This document shows positions 23,566 through 32,000 of a stretch of DNA of 32,000 nt, piece after piece. Position 1 is the first letter of the stretch. Each line of letters opens with the position of its first letter. A program made the position numbers and the translations under genes. Below the pieces are notes generated by a model. That model had not been told where the DNA came from. It was given only the letters and a program-made list of their open reading frames with translations, and ran no database searches. Origin of the DNA: Zygophlyctis sp. KS116 (Eukaryota > Fungi > Chytridiomycota); NCBI GenBank assembly GCA_054661495.1, contig BAAFSQ010000005.1, forward strand, positions 30,001 to 62,000. Direction: 5' to 3'.

Positions 23566-25129
23566 TTAAAAATCAGCAAACAGATCAGTATAAGATGCAG
23601 TTTTTGAGGCTTCTGATCCATTCCATGATTGCTCTTGGTTCAGATTCTGATTTGATAAAACTGTTTCTGCTTCATTGGGTGGGATAAAAATTCCTGAATT
23701 AAACTTTTGGCCCAAATCTCCATTCCCTAAACGATTCAGAATATCTCCAGATCCTCTAAACGAATGCTCTTGTATTTTCATAGATTCAGATCTTTTTCGA
23801 ACGTTTTGTATCATATTGGCTGGAGGGCGTATCAACTGATTAGACATGGCCTCCCAATCTGTACCAGTGAACCAAATATGTTCAGAAATTTCACCATCAT
23901 CTTCATATCCAAGGCGATCTTCAGAATTGGACACCAAGAGACAATTGATGATATCATATGCATCATCGTTAAAGTATTTAGATGGATTTGATGGCCATCG
24001 AATGCGTTCTGTCAAGATTCTATCATAAGTCTTTCGAGAATTTTCATCTTGAAATGGAGAACATCCAGATAGTAATTCAAAAATAAGAATTCCAAATGAC
24101 CACCAGTCAACTTCAACACCATATGGGATTCTACGAATGACCTCGGGTGCAATATAACTTGGTGTTCCGCAAAAAGTTGTGGTATCCTTGGGAATTCTTT
24201 TGGCAAATCCAAAATCAGCTAGTTTGGCATGTCCATCAAATCCTATCAAGACATTTTCAGGTTTAAGATCTCTGTAAACTATCCGTTTATCGTGGAGAAA
24301 AGATAAACCAAGAAAAATTTCAGCTGCATAAAACTTTGCAGAGTTGTTATCAAATCTACCATTGTTCTTTATACAACTAAATAGATCTCTTGTATTTAGA
24401 AATAGATCAGTCTTACCCAGCTCCAACATACTCCATAATTATAAACAAATGTACAGAGTCTTGCAAAGAATAGTAAAATCGTGTTATGAAAGGGCTAATA
24501 GCTGCACTCATGAGTTGTTTTTCATCATGAACATGCTGTATCTGTTTCAATCGGACAATCAAATCCTTTCTCATTGACTTGAGCGCTAAGATTTTACCAT
24601 CAGCCTTTCTTCGACACAAATAGACCTTTGAAAATGCTCCTTTACCCAACTGTTTATATATTGAGAAATCCGTAATCGAACTAGGCATCCAATCATCATT
24701 GATATCATGATGATCTCGAAAGTATCCAGATGAGCTTACTCCATCCTTTGAGCGATAACCGGCAAGTGAATCAGTAGAGTTTAAACTGCTATCTGATGTT
24801 TCAGTAGTCAATGATTCAGGAGTTTCGCTGGGCCTATTTTCCGATGGTCTTTGAAGTGTCCGTCTTCTGAGGTCCGATGGATTTGGAGACTTACTAGTTT
24901 TATACAGTGAATCTGAAGACCCTTTATTTTTGATATCAATAAGATTCTTTGATTTTGCCAAATCCCCAGTTGAAGAGGTATCAGAAAATCCAAGCAAGTT
25001 CTTTAATGCTGTTGTTGTTGATGCCAGTATCTTTGGCTTTAATATCGGCTCTTTACTCATATCATCTTTCAAAGCATTCCTCAGTTTAGATGGAGGGGCA
25101 GTGCTGCTTAATCTCTTGGCTGATGCCAT
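23566..25129 (-). CDS. AGC-family Ser/Thr kinase, PKA catalytic-subunit-like
   Basis: LGKGAFSKV, ALK, IVRLKQIQHVHDEK, YRDLKPEN, DFGFAK, FCGTPSYIAPE, terminal LFADF (FxxF). One 28-nt intron joins ORFs 24413 and 23566. Confidence 0.9.
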
Positions 25130-25308
25130 TCAATGTTGGAACACGTGGACAAACAATCGCCTTCCAAGACCCATTCCAAAAGATATATATCAGCCACAAT
25201 TTTCTCATGCCATAACTCAGCTTTATCAGGGATCGATTCGGATTGCGAAGTCGATTATCGAATAAATACATGATCGTTAAAATTATCTTCATCCAAAAAC
25301 AATCAGAT

Positions 25309-26893
25309 TTATTCTCCTACGTTTCCTACACAGACCAGATAAGTGCTAAGCAGCTTAATTCCTTGAATATAATTGAATAAATCCAATTTTTCATTAATAG
25401 AATGTGCGCCGTCATCAGCCCTGCCCATTGGCAGCAAAAGAACACTCTTTCCTAGGCACTCTTGAAAGGTTAAAGTCACTGGTATTGAGCCACCTTCACG
25501 GGTAAAGTCTGGTTTTGTTTTAAAAACCATTTCAACTGCTTCAGAGGCTGCTCGATAATTCCAGTTGTTGACGTCAGCAATCCACTAATGATGAAAATAA
25601 GAAGAAAATACCCATTTACCAGCATGATCACAATCAATCTTTACAGAGTTTTTGCTGTTTAATTTTTTAAATTCTTGAATAACAAAATCTTTGACAATTT
25701 TTGTAATTTTTTCTGGCTCTTGATTAGGAACAGTTCTATGATAAATCATGACTTTATCACCTTATGGAAAATTTCCCAGTGACTTTAGCAGGTATAACAG
25801 TTTTTGCCCCTGGGTTATAGAAAGCACCTTCTATTCCATGAAGGGATAGACTTGGAAATCTCCATCTTGCCATCAATGTTTCCTTTTCTTTAGCGTGTAT
25901 TGCAGTTTTAGAGCCAATTGCATTGTAGATATCATCCATTTTAAAGTCTAAAGAAGCATATAAGCCTTCTTCATCCAATGTGACTGGTGCAACCGAATCC
26001 TAAAATTAAGACAATATTAAATCTACATAAATTCCAGGAATAAGGATTTTACCATCATTCGAGACCAATTTACTCATTATAGCAATTAAATCAGTCATTG
26101 GCTCATGAACTAATCCTCCAAAAACACCAGAATGAAGATCTTTTTCGATTCCAGTAACTTGCAGATGGAAATAAGACACGCCTCTTAGCCCATAAGTCAA
26201 ACAAGGTTTCTTATCTCCAAGCCAATAGTTATCAGAGATACAGACACAATCAGCAGTCTTAAAAAAACCAGCCGCTTCCTTCTTTATAATGTCATCTAGA
26301 CCCTCAGATCCAGACTCTTCCATTCCTTCAAAGCACATGAGTAGATTGACTGGGAATGGAATGTTCAAGTCCTTGAAAGATTTAATTGCCCATAACCATC
26401 CTAAAATAGGCCCCTATTATTTAGCCTTAATATTAAAATTGTCCCACCTTATCATCTAGCTATTAGAAAATAGGAAAGTACCTGTTGATCCTCGACCATT
26501 AAGACGATCCTTTTCATCACGAACCAAATTCCAAGGATCATGAGTCCAACCATCACTTTTAAGTGCAGGTTGTACATCATAATGTCCATATACAAGTACA
26601 GTCTTTTTACCAGGATCATTACCATACCTTCCCAACAAAATTGGCGGTAAATCCAAAATAACTCCCTGTAAATCCTGTTTTCCTGGAAATCGTTCTACAA
26701 CTCTGAATTTTAGAACAGTGATTATTTACTCTGCGCCCAATTCCTCCATTTCCTTCTTTAGCCAAACGCTCATTTCCACAACCTTTGATCGCATCTTTGC
26801 ATCACCAGAGACTGATGGAATAGCCACAGCCTCTGCTAATTTCTTTACAAAATAGTCTGTTTGGGAATCGATATGATTGTAGATTGTCTCCAT
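25309..26893 (-). CDS. DUG1: Cys-Gly metallodipeptidase Dug1/CNDP2 (M20 family)
   Basis: [71 protein letters not shown]. Six 25-34 nt introns, including an 8-nt microexon. Confidence 0.95.
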
Positions 26894-26920
26894 TTCGCAA
26901 AGGACTTTTGACCTAAACTG

Positions 26921-27507
26921 ATGAGACACCGATCAAGAGATAGATCTGAAGACAGATACAGAGATAGAGACAGACACCGATCAAGAGAAATATCAAGAGA
27001 TAGAGACAGGCATAGAGATCGGCATACAGAGAGAGATAGGGACATATACCAAGACAGATCTAGGGATCACAGAGACAAACGAGAGCCCAATGTTAGAAGG
27101 GATGATAGGAGTCCAGTAAGCTCAAGAGATAATAGGGATCGTAGAGAGCCTTATCATATTTCAAAAGATGATTATCGCAGAAGAGATCACAGAGATCATA
27201 GTAGGAACCGTATTAGAAACCGTAGCCGAGATCGGAGCCGAGATCGGAGCAGGGAGAGAGGTCCGCACGATGCTCGTAGGGACCATTCAGATGATCAAAA
27301 GCCCAGTGATGATACTCTCAAGTTGGATGAAATGACTGAAGAGGAGCAAATGAAGGTTTTACTTGGAATAGGAGGTTTTGATTCTACTAAAGGCAAGTCT
27401 GTTCCTGGAAAGGATGTTGGGGCTGTAAACATTACTAAAAAGGTATTATCCTTATTTTATTCTTAAAATAGACTACTTACAGGCAAGTTATGAATCGACG
27501 CCGATAA
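26921..27507 (+). CDS. SNRNP27: U4/U6.U5 tri-snRNP 27-kDa protein (RS/RD-rich), C-terminally shortened
   Basis: RD/RS repeats followed by EEEQMKVLLGIGGFDSTKGK...KKTTYRQVMNRRR*. 29-nt intron at 27443-27471. Confidence 0.9.
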
Positions 27508-27614
27508 AATTGTGGCATAATAAACTCAATAATAATAAATTCGTTCGCAAAAACAGCATGAAAGTCAATTTCTATTCTATTCGTCAATTCAATCGAATCA
27601 GGCAAAGTCTGGGA

Positions 27615-29625
<2,011 letters not shown>

Positions 29626-29971
29626 ATGTCAAAAAGAATAATTCCACTCTTGGATCGAGTTCTTGTTGAAAGAATCAAGGCTGCGCAGGTATATTTATTT
29701 TTAGTAATGTTAGAGAACTGCATCAGGACTATATATTCCTGAAAAATCTCAAGAAACTATAAATGAAGGAATTGTCATCAGTGTTGGTCCTGGAGCTCAC
29801 AAGGTATTTATTTTTAAAATTATGGAAAAGGATGGAAAGTTGGTTCCAGTGACTGTTGCAGAAGGTGATAAAGTACTCTTGCCTCCTTATGGTGGAAATG
29901 CAGTCAAGGTTGGAGAAAGAGAATTATTGATTTTTAAAGACTCTGAGATTCTTGCTAAAATCTCTGATTAG
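29626..29971 (+). CDS. HSP10: Mitochondrial co-chaperonin Hsp10
   Basis: MSKRIIPLLDRVLVERIKAAQRTASGLYIPEK...VGPG...GDKVLLPPYGG...FKDSEILAKISD*. Introns at 29689-29713 and 29804-29830. Confidence 0.96.
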
Positions 29972-30030
29972 ATTTAATATGGTAAAACTAGATAGATTTT
30001 TAGGATTTTTGAATTTCTTTAGATTTTTAA

Positions 30031-32000
30031 ATGACGTTGCGTTCTCTGAGAGTTTCTAAACCGCTATTTAACAAAATTCTAGTGGCTAATAGAGGAGAAA
30101 TAGCTAATAGAATACTAAAAACTTGTAGTAAAATTGGTATAAAATCAGTTGCAGTGTTTTCAGATGCTGATAAAAGTGCGAGTTTTGTAGAATATGTATT
30201 TAGAAAAATATTAAATTTATAGGCTGATGAAGCTTATAGACTGGGACCGCCTCCGAGTGCAGAGTCTTATTTACAAATGGACTCTATAATAGATATTGCT
30301 AAAAAGTCTGGCGCTCAAGCAATACATCCTGGATACGGTTTCTTGTCTGAAAATTCGGTTTTTGCTGATAAAGTCACTAGTCAAGGATTGGTTTTTATTG
30401 GTCCACCAGTTCAAGGTATTTTGTTTATTTAATGTGTAGCAATGATTGATATGGGATCTAAAAGTGCGTCTAAAATTATTATGGAAAAGGCAAATGTTCC
30501 AGTCGTTCCTGGATATTGGGGAGAAGATCAGAGTTTAGAAACTTTAAAAGAAAAATCTAGAGAAATTGGTTATCCTGTACTCATAAAGGCTGTAAAAGGA
30601 GGTGGAGGAAAAGGAATGAGAATTGTTGACAAGGAAGAGGATTTTGAAATGATGTTAAATTCTTCAAAAAGAGAGGCTATAAAGTCATTTGCAGATGATA
30701 AAGTTTTGGTGGAAAAATATATTTCTAGACCAAGGCATATTGAAGTTCAGGTATTTGCGGATACTTTAGGGAATGTAGTTCATTTGTTTGAACGTGATTG
30801 CTCAGTACAAAGAAGGCATCAGAAAATATTAGAAGAAGCACCAGGGGTATTTTTGGTATTTTAATATTTTAGCCTGGGATTTCGCCTGAATTAAGGGCTG
30901 ATTTGGGTGCAAAGGCTGTGGCAGCTGCTAAAGCTGTGAATTATGTAGGTGCTGGTACGGTTGAATTTATTTTCGATACAGATACGGACAAGTATTATGT
31001 AAGATTATCATTTTGTTAATAAAAAAGTTTATGGAAATGAATACCAGGTATTTAAAACAGTCTTTACTAAACAAAGACTACAAGTTGAACATCCAGTTAC
31101 AGAAATGGTTACAGGAACAGATCTTGTAGAATGGCAGTTGCAAGTTGCTGCAGGAAATAGGTTACCATTGTTACAAGATGACTTGAAATTGGATGGGCAT
31201 GCATTTGAAGCTAGAATTTATGCTGAAAATCCTGAAAATCAGTATGTAGTTTTGTTTAAAATTGTAGATTTTTGCCAGACACTGGTCCATTGCTTCATCT
31301 TTCTACACCTTTAGAGTCTTCAGTTCTCAGAGTAGAAACAGGAGTGCGCCAAGGGGATGCAGTCAGTGTCTACTATGATCCAATGATCTCTAAACTAGTT
31401 GTACGTGGGAGAGACAGGAATGAAGCATTACGCCGTTTGAGAAAATCTCTCGGTGAATTTGAAGTATTTTACATTTTCTTTACTGTATAGGTTGTAGGAC
31501 TCAATACAAATATTGAATTCTTAAAAAGAGTCATTTCCCATCCAGAATTTATTCGTGGAGACGTTGAAACTGGATTTATACAAGTATTTCTTAATTCTTT
31601 TAACCATTAAGAAAAACAGTAAAGATCTTTTTCCCGAACTGCAACTCCCGGATCCTATTCTACCCGCGATTGCAGCCCTTTCTGTCCTTGACAAACAAAT
31701 TTGTGATTCGCAGACTTTGGGACGCTCATCATCTGGTAGATAAATTCTAATTACTTATTTATAGATTCCAATTCTCCTTGGATATCACTTGAATCATTCA
31801 GAGTGAATCATTCCTGTATAAAATCTGTGAATTTAGAGTATGGATCATTCAAACTCCGGGTGGATATTGAATCACATTCAGACTCTACCTTGAAAGTTTC
31901 TGTATTAGACTTTTTGTATTTTAAAGACTAGGTATATGATACCAAATCCAAACTTGCAAGTTTTGATCATGTTATCATTGAAAAAACCCCAGAACATGTT
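30031..32000 (+). CDS. MCCC1: 3-methylcrotonyl-CoA carboxylase alpha (biotin carboxylase) subunit, 5' part; runs off the window
   Basis: [86 protein letters not shown]. Nine 24-30 nt introns traced. PCCA is a less likely alternative. Confidence 0.87.

Noticed and set aside
26845-27260. Periodic AGAGAT-type repeats and the antisense SLSL ORF as a repeat array or separate gene
   Set aside because: These are the RD/RS codons of SNRNP27; the antisense ORF is a shadow.

Overview
Eukaryotic nuclear DNA, AT-rich, almost certainly from a flagellated (chytrid-type) fungus; the taxon is inferred from fungal-type genes plus a ciliary MYCBPAP homologue. The ORF track is fragmented because the genes are split by very short GT-AG introns, mostly 23-34 nt; I traced about 60 by hand. 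After splicing, the window holds 18 tightly packed protein genes: PPWD1 (partial), CDC45, YOS1, PDX1/SNZ1, MYCBPAP, an orphan secreted Kex2-type precursor, a LisH/WD40 protein, RPC25, a coiled-coil protein, a ~2000-aa Tag1/DUF3712-like protein, a class-3 lipase, RPA3 (missed by the ORF track), a PKA-like kinase, DUG1, SNRNP27, HSP60, HSP10 and MCCC1 (partial). Several neighbours touch or overlap. Best leads: (i) an H/ACA snoRNA in the long HSP60 intron whose pocket matches the SNORA70-type 18S rRNA target; (ii) an orphan secreted precursor in which a 6-Cys cationic module is split by an acidic KR-flanked spacer; (iii) a giant Tag1-like gene head-to-head with a lipase and carrying a structured 311-nt outlier intron; (iv) a C-terminally truncated SNRNP27 in a tiny-intron genome; (v) a TAATG stop/start overlap between CDC45 and PPWD1. 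All gene models are manual and have no transcript support.
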